Assembly (NCBI RefSeq): GCF_036321535.1
Contig: NC_087437.1
Location: forward strand, 116,686,001 to 116,750,000
Source: Camelus dromedarius
Taxonomy: Eukaryota
Direction of reading: 5' to 3'
DNA: 64,000 bases
A program made the position numbers and the translations under genes. Shown piece after piece: positions 1 to 13,471 of this stretch (position 1 is the stretch's first letter; each line of letters begins with the position of its first letter). The notes beneath the pieces are model-generated. The model was given only the letters and a program-made list of their open reading frames with translations. It was not told where the DNA came from and ran no database searches.

Positions 1-358
1 TTTCTCCACAGCCTCTCCAGCATTTATCATTTGTGGGCTTTTGAATGACGGCCATTTTGACTGCTATGAGGTGACACCTCACTGTAGTTTTGATTTGCAT
101 TTCTCCGATAATTAGCGATACTCAGCATCTTTCCATGTGCCTATTGGCCATTCGTATGTCTTCACTGGAGAACTGCTTGTTGGGGTCTTTGCCCATTTTT
201 GGATTGGGTTGTTTGTTTTTTTGTTATTAAGTTGTACAAACTGAAGGAACTTAAGCCCTCGTCATTTACATCATTTGCAAATATTTTCTCTCATTCCGTA
301 GGTTGTCTTTTCATTTTGTTTATGGTTTCCTTTGCTGGGCAAAAGCTTCCAAGTTTAC
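1..358 (-). mobile_element. LINE-1 ORF2 3' region fragment, truncated by window start
   Basis: Typical antisense L1 ORF2 text (TTTGATTTGCATTTCTC...GTGCCTATTGGCCATT...); parallels 4380-4565, which is contiguous with an L1 ORF2 C-terminal ORF. Confidence 0.85.
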
Positions 359-844
359 TGCTTTTCATATGGTCACCCCTCAAAAAAGTTTTTCATTTTG
401 CAAAAGAGTTTTACTGAATTCCTCAGTTTTTTTAAACCCTTTTTTTTGAAAAACCATATTTTCTTTTAGTCAAAGTGCTACACAAAAGAAATTATGTGTG
501 ATAGTTGAGAATTACATAGATATAAATTTTTAGGCCTTTTGACCATCACCATAATATAGCTGTCCAACTGTGAATAAATACCAAAATCATTACTACAAAA
601 AGAAAAATTATGTCCTTTTTCAGGTGTGGCCTAAATCAGCTTCCACACATTAGTCTTACCTTTCAGCAGAACTGAGAAGGGCTCCTTTTACTCCAGGTCA
701 GAGGTTTGGAGGTTTGGAAAATCAAGAGCTGGTTACTGTCCGTTGGCAGATGTGACCTTAGCTCTTTGGCCACCCAGCACAGTTGACTTGCATAAAGTGT
801 GTAGAGAGGTTAGGGCCACATGCATTGAAATCAGGCACAACTGA

Positions 845-975
845 TTAGGGATTTCAGCTCCTCCATTATCCACTGTGTGACATCAGGTATGTTACTTAAC
901 CTCCCTGAGCCTCTGATTGTTGCATCTATGAGACTGGGCAGTCATACTTAAGTTATTGAGTCATTTTGAGGTTTA
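845..975 (+). mobile_element. MIR SINE fragment
   Basis: Core-like motif CTGTGTGAC...GTTACTTAACCTCCCTGAGCCTC; recognised from memory. Confidence 0.55.
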
Positions 976-3655
976 GAAAAATCAATAGGAATAAAATGTC
1001 TTGCTCATAATAAACACCAGTATGTATCGAAGAGGGTTTTTTTTTTCAGAGTATTCCTCCTGAACTTAGAATTATTACAATATTGCCTAGCAAAGCCCAA
1101 ATGACCATAATTCTTAAACATTCTCTAATGAACTGACTACTTAAAGAAGTAGCTAACTCTCAGACTCTTCCACACCCAACACCAGTCTTGACTGCAGAAA
1201 ACTGAGTCAGTGTCTACACCAGTCTTATTAACAGACAAACACTGAAACCCTCGGAAAACGGTGTGCCAAGACAATGCAAACAGATGGCAGAGTGGAACTT
1301 CATGCCTTGCCTGGGAGAAGAGAGTTCCCGAAGGTAAGGAATGTGATCGAGACACGACTGGAATTGATCAGTGTGCTGTGAAGGCTGGCATCGTAACTAT
1401 AGCTTAAAATGCATTAATAAAAAAAAAACCCAAAATATTTATTGTCATCCTTTTTTATTAAAGTTTTCTTTTCAGGATGATGTCCCAGTTGTCACTTTCC
1501 TCCCACTAGTTCTATAAAATCATGTTCCCCATTTTAATTAAGTTCACTTTCAGTGGCCTTTATTCAGGAGAACGTATCCTCCAAGAAAAGAGCCCCTTGT
1601 GTATATCAACGTACGTATGTCATTTCACAGAATGAGGCGCACATAGCTTCCCAGATTATATCCATCAGTAGGAGGCACAAGTACAAGACAAACCGGTGTC
1701 AAATAGGATTAAATCTCCCGTGTGCCTCTGACGAATGGGACGGACGTGAATCTCCTTCCCTGAGAGGCAGTGCAGAACTCCTGGGCCTCTGAAAGCAGGA
1801 AGCCCTCCCGCCTGCACACAGCAGAGCTCTTTGGAGGGTGGAACAGAAGTTCCTGCTGTGCGTGAGAAACTTCACTGCCTGAGCAGGACTTCCAGATGCA
1901 GAGGAGTGCGGTTTCACTCTGGGTCTCTCCTCCCCTAATTCTCCATCAGCGTCTGATCTGTTGGTCTTGTGGAGCTCTGTGATGCCACCCTCAGCGTTCC
2001 CCACCCATCCCCACCCACCTGCAGCCTGCCGGGGCCCCCTGCTGCGTGCCAATGCAGTGGTGGTGTAAACATCACTGGGTATTCAGCTCCCAGCCTTCAT
2101 GCCAACCTCTGAGTGAGTAATCTCATTACCAAGCTGGCTCCCCCAGGAGTACAGTCTTCCAGGCCTCATAGTACAGAAATGACTCATTAGTCCATCCATC
2201 ACAACAGTAACGAGTCACGTGTTATAAAAGCTAAAAAGATGTATGTTGCGTACACAGAAATATAAGGTTTGCAAATTTCTAAGATTTAACTTGACTAGGG
2301 AAGGAGTGGAGTAGAAATGAATGCCACATTTTTTCAAAGTAATTTGTATTAAAAACCCACATCAGGCAACATCTGTGTGAATCAGTCTCCAAGGACTCAG
2401 TGTAAACGGTTGTTGATATAAATAGATGTGCTTTTAAGCAAAGACAGATGTCCCAAACCAAAATGTTAAGAAAACATATAAAACAGTTTAGTTCAAAGAC
2501 ATCTTGGCTTTTTTTTTTCTCCTAATAGGTGAATCTTCACTGGGCTATGACCGTGAGGGATGGAAGAGAGAATATTTTGTTTCCTAATGAAACAGGGTGT
2601 TGTGTTGTGTCGTGGAAGCAGGTGTGTGAACAGCACACGGTCGAGAACAGCAGCCACTAGGCTGCATTGTGATTTGTTCTTTTACACCTTCTCCTGACGT
2701 TCATTAATTTATCTGAAGAACATTCCAGAAGGTTCTGACAGCCTCAGAATATTGTTTCAGGGAGTACTAAGTGGGAGGCGTTGGGAAATAAGTCGCCGGA
2801 ATTTGGGGGCTGACCGTGCTGATGTCAGCGGGAGAAGCTAGGAAAAGACAGGATGCTGGCGTGAGAGCGGGCCAGGGGACCACAGTCCATGGTGGGAACA
2901 GGCCTGCCTCTCATTTTCTCGGTGCAAGGACTCATGATCTGAAAGTTGATAAACAAATCGACAATTCAGTGGGGAGGGAACACTCTCGGCGAAATTATGA
3001 AGAAAAGTAGAACCAGGCGGAGAGGTCATTTATAAATAGAGCAACTCACATTTTTTGCGTATCAGGCACCGTGCTAGGAAGCATTTTCACATGCATTCTC
3101 TTTCTGAATGTGAGGGATGCTGTAAAGAATTTAAAACTCCAAAGGAATTAGAGACAGAAAACAAGGATGGATTTTGACCATACTACCCTTTATATGGTAA
3201 AAAATTTCTACCAGACCCTGCAAAGTAGGTTCCCTGCCTTCCAGGAAGGTGTGGCAAAATCACTGCCCTTGGTTGGAGGTCTCCCCAGAAGGAAACTGTG
3301 GCTGCTCCGCAGGGGGCTGAGGACTGAGATGGGGGAGCCAGAGCTGAGGAGTGAAACAGCTGGAAAGCCGCCCAGGGGTCGTCTTTGGCAGTCTCCCTCC
3401 CTGTCCAGCCAGTGGTCACAGGAAGGAGGGCTGGTGCCCCTGGCGGCGAGGACAGGGCAGTCTGGCTAACCACACGCTGGTGTGGACACACGTGCTGGCT
3501 GAAGTTCAAGGTAAAAAGCCCCATGTTTGTTTCATTTTTCATGAAGCCAGATGACCTGGAACTTGGTTCTTTCTCAAACTATCAGAAAGTCAAAACAAAG
3601 CCCCACTCACAAATCACTTTCGGATGCATGTTACCTTTGTCTTGACCCCAGAGAC

Positions 3656-4567
3656 TTTTTTTTTAATTGAATTATAGTTGATTTCCAATATTATGTTAGT
3701 TTCAGGTGTATAGCAAAGTGATTCAGTTACACGTACATATATGCATATATTATTTTCAGATTCTTTCCCATTATAGGTTATTACAGGATACTGAATATAG
3801 TTCCCCATTCTATACAGCAAATTCTTTTTGCTTATCTGTTTTATATATGGTAATGTGTGTCTGTTAATGTCATACTCTTAATTTACCCCTCCCTCTCTTT
3901 CCCCCTTTGGTAACCATAATTTTGTTTTCTATGTCTGTGATTCTGTTTCTGTTTTGTAAATAAGTTCATTTGTATTATTTCTTTAGATTCCACATATAAT
4001 TGATATCATATTTGTCTTTCTCTGACTTACTTCACTTAGAATGACAATCTCTAGGTCCATCCATGTTGCTGCAAGCGGCATTATTTCATTCTTTTTCATG
4101 GCTGAATAGTATTTCACTGTATAAATATACCATCTCTTCTTTGTCCAGTCATCTATTGATGGACACTTAGGTTGCTTCCATGTGTTGGCTATTGTAAATA
4201 GTGCTGCTGTGAACATTGGGGTGAACATATCTTTTCAAATTACAGTTTCCTCCAGATATTGTGGGATTGCTGGATCACATAGTAACTCTGTTTTGAGTTT
4301 TTTAAGGAACCTCCATACTATTTTCCATAGGGGCTGCACCAAACTACATTCCGACCAACAATGTAGGAGGATTCCTTTTTCTCCACACCCTCTCCAGCAT
4401 TTATTTGTAGACTTTGATGATGGCCATTCTGACCAGTGTGAGGTGGTACCTCATTATAGTTTTGATTTGCATTTCTCTGGTAATTAGCAATGTTGATCGT
4501 CTTTTTCATGTGCCTATTGGTCATCTGTATGTCTTCTTTGGAGAAATGTTTATTCAGATCTTCTGCT
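3656..4567 (-). mobile_element. 5'-truncated LINE-1 (ORF2 C-terminus, 3'UTR, polyA)
   Basis: Poly-T at 3656-3663. ORF 3983..4228(-) reads [23 protein letters not shown]...MPLAATWMDLEIVILSEVSQ, the L1 ORF2p C-terminus. Confidence 0.93.
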
Positions 4568-4849
4568 GAGTATTATTACTTATAGGAAATCACTGCTGGA
4601 TTGTGTGCACAGGCTGGGCACATTGTCGGGAGTTGCAGAAGCAGTCCCTGCTGTGTCAGTATAATACCATCATCAGTCAGTGGCCTGAAACTGACTTCCT
4701 TGCTGCTGGACCTCTGCAAGTACTGGGATAAAATGTCACATTCATCAAACATTCAGATGCGGGCACGGGTGATGCTTGGTATGTGTGGACATGCCGTAGC
4801 AGAGGTGGCCAAGGCAAGCCGTTCTTAGCACCATGTCCTCAGCCTGGGC

Positions 4850-5195
4850 CCACACAAGGACTCATTTCCCAGCCTCCCTTACAGTTGGGTTGGCCATGTC
4901 ACTAGGTTGTAGCCAATGGAAAGTGAGCAGAAGGTCTGGAAGTTACCTGTAGGCTTGGCCATAAAGCCCCCAGCATGATCTCTGATGCATGTGCTTCCAT
5001 CATGAGCCTGGAGGTCATGTGTGAAGACGGTGGTTTCGCAAGATGTAAGGAGATTGGATTCCTGAGTTACCACTTTGAAGAGAGCCCAGGAGGGCTGCCC
5101 AGACTGCGTCAGACGGTGAGGGAGGGAAAACAGAGCTCTACGACGTTCAGACGTGAGGTTGTTGCAGCAGCCAGCATTTATCGTCCTGACTGATG
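4850..5195. mobile_element. Old MaLR (MLT1-type) LTR fragment
   Basis: CATTTCCCAGCCTCCCTT...GGCCATGTCACT...GCCAATGGAA motif typical of older MLT1 LTRs. Confidence 0.55.
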
Positions 5196-6094
5196 CGTCT
5201 AGTTCTGGGAAGTACAGGTACCGCCAAGCAGGATGCTTTTGAGTAATTTATTTTTCAGATTTTTCCCAATCAGATGTTTGGTTCAAAATCAGTCCCAAAG
5301 GATCACAGTTGGGAAGAGAAAGAGAAGCAGTGAATGAAAGGGTGATAATCACGCCGGACCCAATTTACATAGATTCCTAGAGCAGAAATGTTACTCAGTT
5401 CATGCCCTAATCCTAAGCGCAGCTGCACCCAGGTCTTCCTTGAGGGGTTGTCGGTTTCCTATTCCTCAAGCCAGCCAAGCAGGAGATTCCAGAGCCCACC
5501 CTAGTAATCCAGTGACTCAAAACTCAGGGACCAGGGGTTCCTTTTTGAGTGCCAACCCAGGCTCATCAGCAGGCCACACCATGTTCCCAGTCATTCCGTT
5601 TGATGAAGGAACAGACTGTTGTTCACAATTTGCACACTGTATGTCTTCATTTATTTGGTTCTTAACATCATGAGAATTCTTCCTCACTCTTTCCTCACTA
5701 GGCAAAATGATGCATTGTTCTGAAATTTATTTCATCCAACCAACAATGGTGGAATCTCAGCCTCTGCCTTCAAAGAGATAAGACAGAGACAGAAAAGAGC
5801 TAACAGGATCTTACCATGTTTACAATGAGTGAGAGGGATCTGAGGGGGAGGAAGAGGTGGGCTGCGATCTTCAAGGAGGTCTTCCGAGAAGAGGTGGGCT
5901 TCCAGAAGCCCTAAAAGCTGGTGAGAATGTGGAGGAGTCGAGAGAGAGGGAAGGACATGATGAGAAAATCCGGAGGCCCGGATGAGCATGGGGCAGGACT
6001 GTGAGAACGCCAGCTTAGCCGGAGTGGCAACTTCCATTGCGGATTGAAGGGAAGATGGCGGAGGGAAAGAAGAAAGAGATCTAGTCTTGGAGAG

Positions 6095-6603
6095 TGTGGT
6101 TGGGAGACTGATGACCCTCCAAGGGTGTCCAAGTCCTAAACCCCAAGCCTGTGAATGTTACTTTACAGGGCAAAAGGGACTTTTATAGCTGTGATTAAGT
6201 TAAGGACCTTGAGATGGGGAGATTATCCTGGATTCCCTATGTGGAACCTAATGTAATCATAAAAATCTTTAGAAGAGGAAGGCAGAAGCATCTGACTCAG
6301 AAAAGTAGACACCACAACTTGGAAGCCAGTATCAGAGAGAAAGATTTCAAGATGCTATGCTATGATGCTATCTGTGCCTTGAAGACAGGAGGGGCCATTA
6401 GCTAAGGAAGGCAGGTAGCTACAGAAGCTGGAAAAAGCCAAGAAACAGATTCTCCACGAGAGCCTCCACCAGGACTGCCGCCCTGCTGACACCTGGAGTT
6501 TAGGTCTTCTGACCTCCAGAACGGTCAAAGAATAAATGTGTGTTGTTTTAAGCCACTAAGTTTGTGGTGATTTGTTATACCAGCCATAAGGAACTAATAG
6601 ACA
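6095..6603 (+). mobile_element. MaLR solo LTR (MLT1C/D-like)
   Basis: TG...CA ends; CCTGTGAATGTTAC...GGCAAAAGGGAC; AATAAA followed by GTTTTAAGCCACTAAGTTTGTGG...GGAACTAATA. Confidence 0.8.
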
Positions 6604-8122
6604 GGACTTCAAATCTGAGGCAGGTGAGACTTTAACCTGTAAAGCAGTAAGAGTCTTGGACTCAGAAGGCATGACGTCACTCATCCTACACGTGTGCATT
6701 GCATGAGGTTTCTATAAACAGCGCAAAGACAGGTCCTTGCATGCATCGGTCCCCAAGGGCCCCAGCATGGAGAACAGGGCCTGCCACACAGATGAAAGCC
6801 AGCAGAGTATTTTCTGGATGAATGACAACACAGTAGTAAGGGTTCTGGTCTCTCTAGCTGAAGTTCTCGCTCCTTCTCGCCTGAACTGTTTCACTCTCTA
6901 CCTCGCAGTCCTCGTGGTCTTTGATCTTGTCTCTGTTTCAACCTGCTGCCCCATTCATCCTCCAGCACAAGCTCTGGTTCTGTCATTTTCATTCAAATAA
7001 AATTTAAATTCCTTCCAGTAGGATTCAAAGCCCTCTATGACATGGCCTCAGAGTATCTTCGGCAGTAGAAACCATCCACACCCACAGTTTCCTGTCTACA
7101 GTGACGTGACTTCACTGCTAAGCCCCCTCCCTAACGTGACTTTTCCATCCCCCGGTACTCCAAAGAGTAAAAGTTACTAACTTTAAAAAGAATAAACATG
7201 GCTATTATAAATCATTTTAGACATTAAAAAAAAAAAGGTTACCAAATTTATCATTGATTTCAGGAACTTCCCAGAAAAGTCCATTTAAAAGGATAAACTA
7301 TTCAACTCTTCAATACATCATATCAAGGATTGTTTATTCCCTGAGACTCTTTTGAGTATCCTGCTTTAGAACCCTCATCTTGCTGTTCACATTAATCCTA
7401 AGCCATCATTTCATCCTTATCCAGTCCTAGTCAGGCCTCCTTCCACAGAGACATCCCACCAAACCTCCAGGACCCTACAGACAGCACAGCTTGTCCTTAC
7501 TCTTCAAAAAGGCTGCTTGGACTCTGTCAGGATTATCTGCAAATTACAAAACAGAAACCAAAAGAGAACTTGGCTCTAGGGCTGGTTTATCCACTAGTCG
7601 TCTTATACTTTCAGCCTATTTTGAAGGGACTTAGGAAAACGTTTGAGAACCTAGATGAGAAAAGATAATTATGAAATCAAAATTGTTTCGTCAAATGTCT
7701 ACAAACTATAACACTATCTCAAGTCATCAGTTGTTGAACTTTGGATATGTACAAATCCCACTACATTTGAAAACAGTTTGTGAGCTTGATTTTCTCAATT
7801 CACCGGAATTCAGAATTCTCAAGGACGCACAATAGATTAAATGAGCTACTTGTAGCCAACTCATTTTGAAAGCAATGTTATTTTTCAAAAAATATTCTCA
7901 TTTTACATATAAGAAATACTTAAGATGGGAAGTGGGTACATTTTAATATATGTGACAGAATGCATTTTGGTTCCTCCAAAACTGGGGGAGATCCTTAAAA
8001 CATGTCTGCTGGTGGTGGGGCAGGAAGGAATGACAGCATGGCTGACAGTGATTAGGACACTGGTAATAATAACCGTGATTAATAGTCATGCCCCTTCTCG
8101 TGTACCTTTGATTCCTCTCATC

Positions 8123-8410
8123 TTTTTTTTAAATTGAGGTGAAATTCATATAACATAAATTGGCCATTTTCAAGTCTACAATTCAGCGACATTTAGTACA
8201 TTAGTGCAACCAACCCCTCTCTCTAGTTTCAAGTCTTTTTCATCATCCCAGAAAAATACCCCGTCCTCATCAAACAGTAACTCCTCACTCACTTCCCCCT
8301 CACCCCCTGGTAACCACTGACCTACTTTCTTTCTCTATGGATTTGCCTCTTCTAGACTTTTCATATAAAAGAGATCATGCAATACGTGGCTTTTGGGTCT
8401 GGCTTCTGTT
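8123..8410 (-). mobile_element. Old LINE-1 3' end fragment
   Basis: Poly-T then TTGAGGTGAAATTCATATAACATAAA...CTGGTAACCACTGA...CTATGGATTTGCCT (L1M 3'UTR, antisense). Confidence 0.7.
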
Positions 8411-11044
8411 TTAGAATAAAGTTGACCCTTAAACGACACGGGTGTGCAGGTCCACGAATTTTTTGTTGTTTGAGCCACAGTCTGTGACCCTTCGTGATGG
8501 AAGCCATATAGACAAAGACACCATCTTTGATCTATATGTTTGTGAATTACTTATAACTGTTTCTTCAACTCCAATCACATGGGGTTTTTTCCAGTTACTT
8601 TTTTGTTGTTAATTTCTAATGTCAGAGCATTGTGGCCAGCGAGTGTGGTCTGCAATTCACCAATCATCTGAAATTGGCTGAGGCTTGTTTTTTAGCCCAA
8701 TATGTGTACATGTAGGTAAATATTCCGTGTGTGCTTGACAAGAAAATGGGTTCTATAGTCATGGTCCCATGGTCCTTTTACACCTGCTGGGCCAGGCAGG
8801 GGACTCAAGAGAGGCTGCGGATGGTGGCCAACTCCCCGGACATAAATAGCCTTTGCTTTTCTCATTTGGGTAGTCTTTGTTTATTTCCACACCTGTTTAG
8901 CTGTTTTGGTTCCCTTAACTACCACTGTCAGTTGTTTTGTAACCTGGAATATGACCTGGTACTTCTCAATAGATGGGTTTTTTTCTCATCATTTTCCACA
9001 ATAAAGAACTTGCTCAGGAAAGTTCCTTTTCCTCTCCACTTCCCTCACCTGGCAGCCCTCTCCTAACCAGGCCTATGAGGACAACAGCCTTCTCTCCTTC
9101 TTCTCTTCTCCAGTGGCCAGAAAGATGTTTCTGGAACGAGAATTTGATCACCTCACTGCCTCGATCCACCACCTCCAGCCCAGCGCCCATCTTCACGCCT
9201 TTTACTGCGGACACAGGAGACGACTGCTAAGACCACACCCAGTTCATGTGTTGTGTGTAAATCTGCATGAATTCTCCCTAAGATAAACCAGATCCTCACA
9301 AACGGTGAAGTTAACAAGATCAGTTCCCTGTAACGGTGGTGAGTATCTGAAACCAGGAAAGGAGCGCTGAAGTGCCGGGGGTTCAGGTCCTCCTCCCTGG
9401 TGCTCACAATCTGACATGATCGTAACTAGAAGAGAGACGTTGCAGTGTAACCAAAGCCAGACCTCTTCGGGAGGGTGGCCTGTCTATGGGCATCCCTCAC
9501 CCACCTGGGGAGCAGGCCAGGATGAAGAATCTGCCTGTGTAGGACAAGGAACTGGAATGCGAACAACCCAGTGGCACTTACACTGGAGGGGAGGAGGGGG
9601 TGAGGGGAGGGAGGAGGGAGTGAACAACCTTGAAATTTGTAAAAGTTCCTTTCTGCTGTAGTAGCTGCCCTGAGCATCTGTCCCACCAGGCCACTGCCAG
9701 AAGCCTTCGGGGGTCACTTTGCTCAGAATGGAACCTAGCCTGAGGTCAGGAAGCTCCTCTCTGTAAGGTGACACTTATGTGAGACAGGCAGGAAAGTTCC
9801 AGTTAGAAAGGAAAACTCTTGCCCAGAATTTCCAGCTTTACTGACTGAATGGCTGCAGGGTCTATCATTTTTTGTCTGAAACCAAAGATAGAAAACTTTT
9901 AAATGCAAGGGATTAATTGGGCATCTTAAATTTAGTATCCATTAGTCAGGTTCGGTTCTTCAGGAAAAAGAGAGAGAACCCTCTTTCTGCAAGGTTATCA
10001 GCATGATCAAGTCCTTATCAAAGAGGAAGGCTGCCAGGGCGGTAATTCATTTTCACCCAGTGGTTTACTTTAGGCATGCCAGAAACATCACTCACTGCTA
10101 ATCGAGCAGCAGGTTCCATTTAAATCAAAATAGTTTCTATTTACATAACTTAAAGAAGGTCTTCCGAGAAGGAAGAAACAGGCTTTGCTGAAAGTATTTG
10201 CTCCAGCCCAGCTCTGAGCAAACATTGTCTCATTAATCTTCCCTGGGACGGGGCGCTAAAGGGAGTTCAGCACGTCAGAGTTCCATTTTATAGAGTAAGA
10301 AACGGGCTGTGTGCCCAAGTGGCCGCTCATGGCCTGTGGGCTGTAATCCCCTGCTTAAAACAGTAGGTTGATTCACTCCACTGTCCCATGCAATTAAACT
10401 GAACTTTAAAAAGTCATTTCTATTCTATTACACAGCAGTGGGATAGAACAAAGACCAGAAAGTAATACTTTAAATTTTCTTCTCAGTTTTTCATTTTTAC
10501 TATGTTCTACTAGATTCTCAAACTTTCATCAATCTACTAGGTTCTCAAATTAGAGAAGTGACCAGTCCTATTTTATACAAAAGCACAAAATCAAGTCGTT
10601 TTTGGATGCAGTATGGTCAATGACAGCATTTGTGTTTCCTGCAGAGATTGTGCCAAAACACTGTGACCTGGTCTACAGACTGTGTGATAGGCAGGTCGAT
10701 AGACAAGTAAGTAGATAGAAGATGGTAGGTAGGTCCATCAATCAATCATCAGGGTGGCTATTGATCCTCACAGCAGCACTGAGGTCGGTGCTCTGATCTC
10801 CACGTTACAGCTGAGGCCCAGAGAAGGTCAGCGCCTAGCCCAAGGTCACACAGCTAGTGAAAGACAGAGCCAAGGCTCCATCCATGCCAGGATCTAATCC
10901 ACAGCCTGGCTGCCTCTCAAAATACATCCAAAACAGAACTCACACTTTGTATAGCGTGAACATTTAATTCTACAGGGTTGCCACTGAATTGATTTACACC
11001 CTAGGGATACAGGAAAATGGGGTGCGAGAGGAGGGCATGTCCAG

Positions 11045-11639
11045 TGTCTCGGTTACAATGCGCCCCACCAAGTGAGGGTTCTTGGCTTTGTGCAGGAAAG
11101 AAGTCAAGAGCGAAACATAATAGAGTAAAAGTAGATTTATTCAGAGATACATACTCTTATCGATCAAGTGTAGGCCATCTCAGAAGGCCAGAGAGGCCAC
11201 AAGATGTGGGGGTGGGTGTTTAAAGTAAAAGTGAACACGCATTCCACAGACAGAGTGCAAGCCATCGCACTCAGGAGGGAGAGCGGCCACGAGGCGGGGC
11301 GCTGCTAGTTTTTATGAGCTCGGTAACGTCATAAGCTAACAAGTGGGAGGGTTATTCCAACTGCTTTGGGAAAGGGGAGGGGACTCCCAGGCATTGGGCC
11401 ACCGCCCACTTTTTGACCTTCTATGGTCAGCCTTGGAACTGTCCTGGCACCTGTGGGAGTGTCACTCCTCATGCTAATACATTACAACGAGCATATAATG
11501 AAGCTCAAGGTCTACTGGAAGTCAAGTGTCCTGCCATCTTGAGCCTCAAGGTCTACTGGGACTTGAATCTCCTGCCATTTTGGTGTTAAGGCTGCGTCAT
11601 TCTTTAATGGTTGTGCCCGCCCCTTTCCTCCCCATCTCA
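11045..11639 (-). mobile_element. ERV solo LTR (ERV1-like)
   Basis: TG...CA ends flanked by CCAG/CTAG (4-bp TSD, one mismatch); antisense polyA signal TTTATT near 11136; internal tandem duplications. Confidence 0.7.
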
Positions 11640-11829
11640 CTAGTGTACTGCAAACTAAAATATCTGGTCACAAAAAAAAAAAAAAAAATTTAAAAAATAG
11701 TCCAGCATACTATCTATTAGTCTAAATGTGGCTGCTTTGGGGCAAACTATTTCTTTTAAGGTGATGTCCTAAAATTAAATTTTTATAGGTTTCTAATCCC
11801 AAATTTGGCAGTTTAAGCCCAATAAATTA

Positions 11830-12800
11830 ATTAAACAAGGAGGCTATTAGCCCGATGTGGCTCTAAGACCAGGGCAGCTATGAGAGCAAACCAGAACCTA
11901 AGCCTGTAAATGCCTGGACGTTCCAAAATCAAAAACTAAGGCCAACCAGTCGCAAACAGCCAACCACACCTTACACGACAACCAACCACGAATCTGCTGT
12001 CATTGCCTCCACGCTGCCTCTCTGCTGTGTTTCTCTGGGGGCTGCGGGCAGGGGGCTGCTGACCGTTTCCAGTTTGGTGCTGCCCAGTTCCAATAGCTTT
12101 TTGTTCAAATAAACTCAAAAATGTTAATACGCCTTCGTTCATCTTTTACCAGGCCCCAATGGTACTGTTAAAAAATGATTTTAAAAGACAATTTAGGCGA
12201 TATAAACAAATTATACTTAACACTTCATGAAGCAGACAGTGTCCATTGGGAGAATGGCAAAACGGGGCAGAAGGCAGGAGGCTTTTATAGGATAAAGAGT
12301 GAAAAACAATGGGGGGAGGGCAGAGCTCAAGTGGTAGAGCACACGCTTAGCATGTACGAGGCCCCGGCCCTTCCTCTAAAAATAAAATTAATAAATAAAA
12401 CCCAGCTCCCTCCTCCCTAACCCCCACAAAAAAACAAAAGGAACACAAGGGCGTGAGTGCAGAACCCAGAGGTGGCTGGGCATTCGGGGAATGGCCGACC
12501 CGAGATACTGTTTTTCTGGTCAAGCAGGACATTTACAGGGACGCGAAAGTTACCTGTTTGGGTTTGCTGACGCGGTACCCCCAGGCAGCAGCCTGTCCGT
12601 CTGGGGCCTGGTCAGTTATTTCAACAATACCAAGATCTGCAGGGTTTAGTAATCACCTTGGCCCCCAAGGCCTGGGGGGGATGGAGGTTCCCGGGGACTC
12701 ACATTATCTTTTCCTGTGAGGGTCACGCCAAGCCTGGGAGCGCTGCAGGGTTACAGTTCCTGTGTCTGTGTCTTGTGTCCTGGCTTATCTCAAGATTCTC
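11830..12800. mobile_element. Adjacent ERV LTR remnants (one +, one -), the second interrupted by a SINE
   Basis: LTR-like U3/R composition with AATAAA near 12108 and a CA end near 12151; TG start near 12166; subfamily not identified. Confidence 0.45.
12311..12440 (+). mobile_element. tRNA-derived SINE (Vic-1-like, camelid), internally deleted
   Basis: GGGGGGAGGGCAGAGCTCAAGTGGTAGAGCACACGCTTAGCATG head (Pol III A box) with A-rich tail; B-box segment missing relative to sibling copies. Confidence 0.8.
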
Positions 12801-13471
12801 CTGAAATTCCTGCCCATCCTGCCCATCCACCACTAAACAACCAATTTTTTAAAGTGCTTTTTTTTTTTTTTTTAATCAAGATGGGAATTTTCTTGTAAAA
12901 TGTATGGTTTCTTGACTCCATAATATATATATTTTTTCCTTCTGCAATCTGGTCCTGACATTCATTCAGCAAATATGTGCTGAACACCTCCCCCTGCTAT
13001 GTGAATTGATATAAGGAGAACTGAGAATATGCATTGTTAAGAAGCCTGCATTTTCTCATTCACTGCCTTACACACTGGGAAACACACAGGGTATCTGATT
13101 CAGGCAGGTCTCGAATGTTCTTATGAATATGCTAAATCGTGGAAGGGGTCCAAGTCCTTATGACACATAGAAAGAAGGGCATTAACTTTGTCAGACAGAA
13201 AGCAAGAAAACACTTCTCACTGAATACTCCCCACAACACTGACCCAGGGCAGAAAGTCTACAATGTTACGTGAGTGACTGTCACCAATCATAAGTGATAC
13301 AGATGAGCGAGTGTCACTAATAAGAATGTCCACTTCTTACAGTGAAGATAAGGGTATCTAAGTGTCATTTCAATAGAAATAAGTCAAAGGTTCTTTAAAC
13401 TATTCAACATTACATTAAATATGGTACATAATTATTTATATACTTTAAATGCTGTCTAGATAATTTCTCAA

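Noticed and set aside
5877..10171. Identical 15-mer AGGTCTTCCGAGAAG at 5877-5891 and 10157-10171
   Set aside because: Roughly one or two chance 15-mer repeats are expected in 64 kb, and the flanks do not align.
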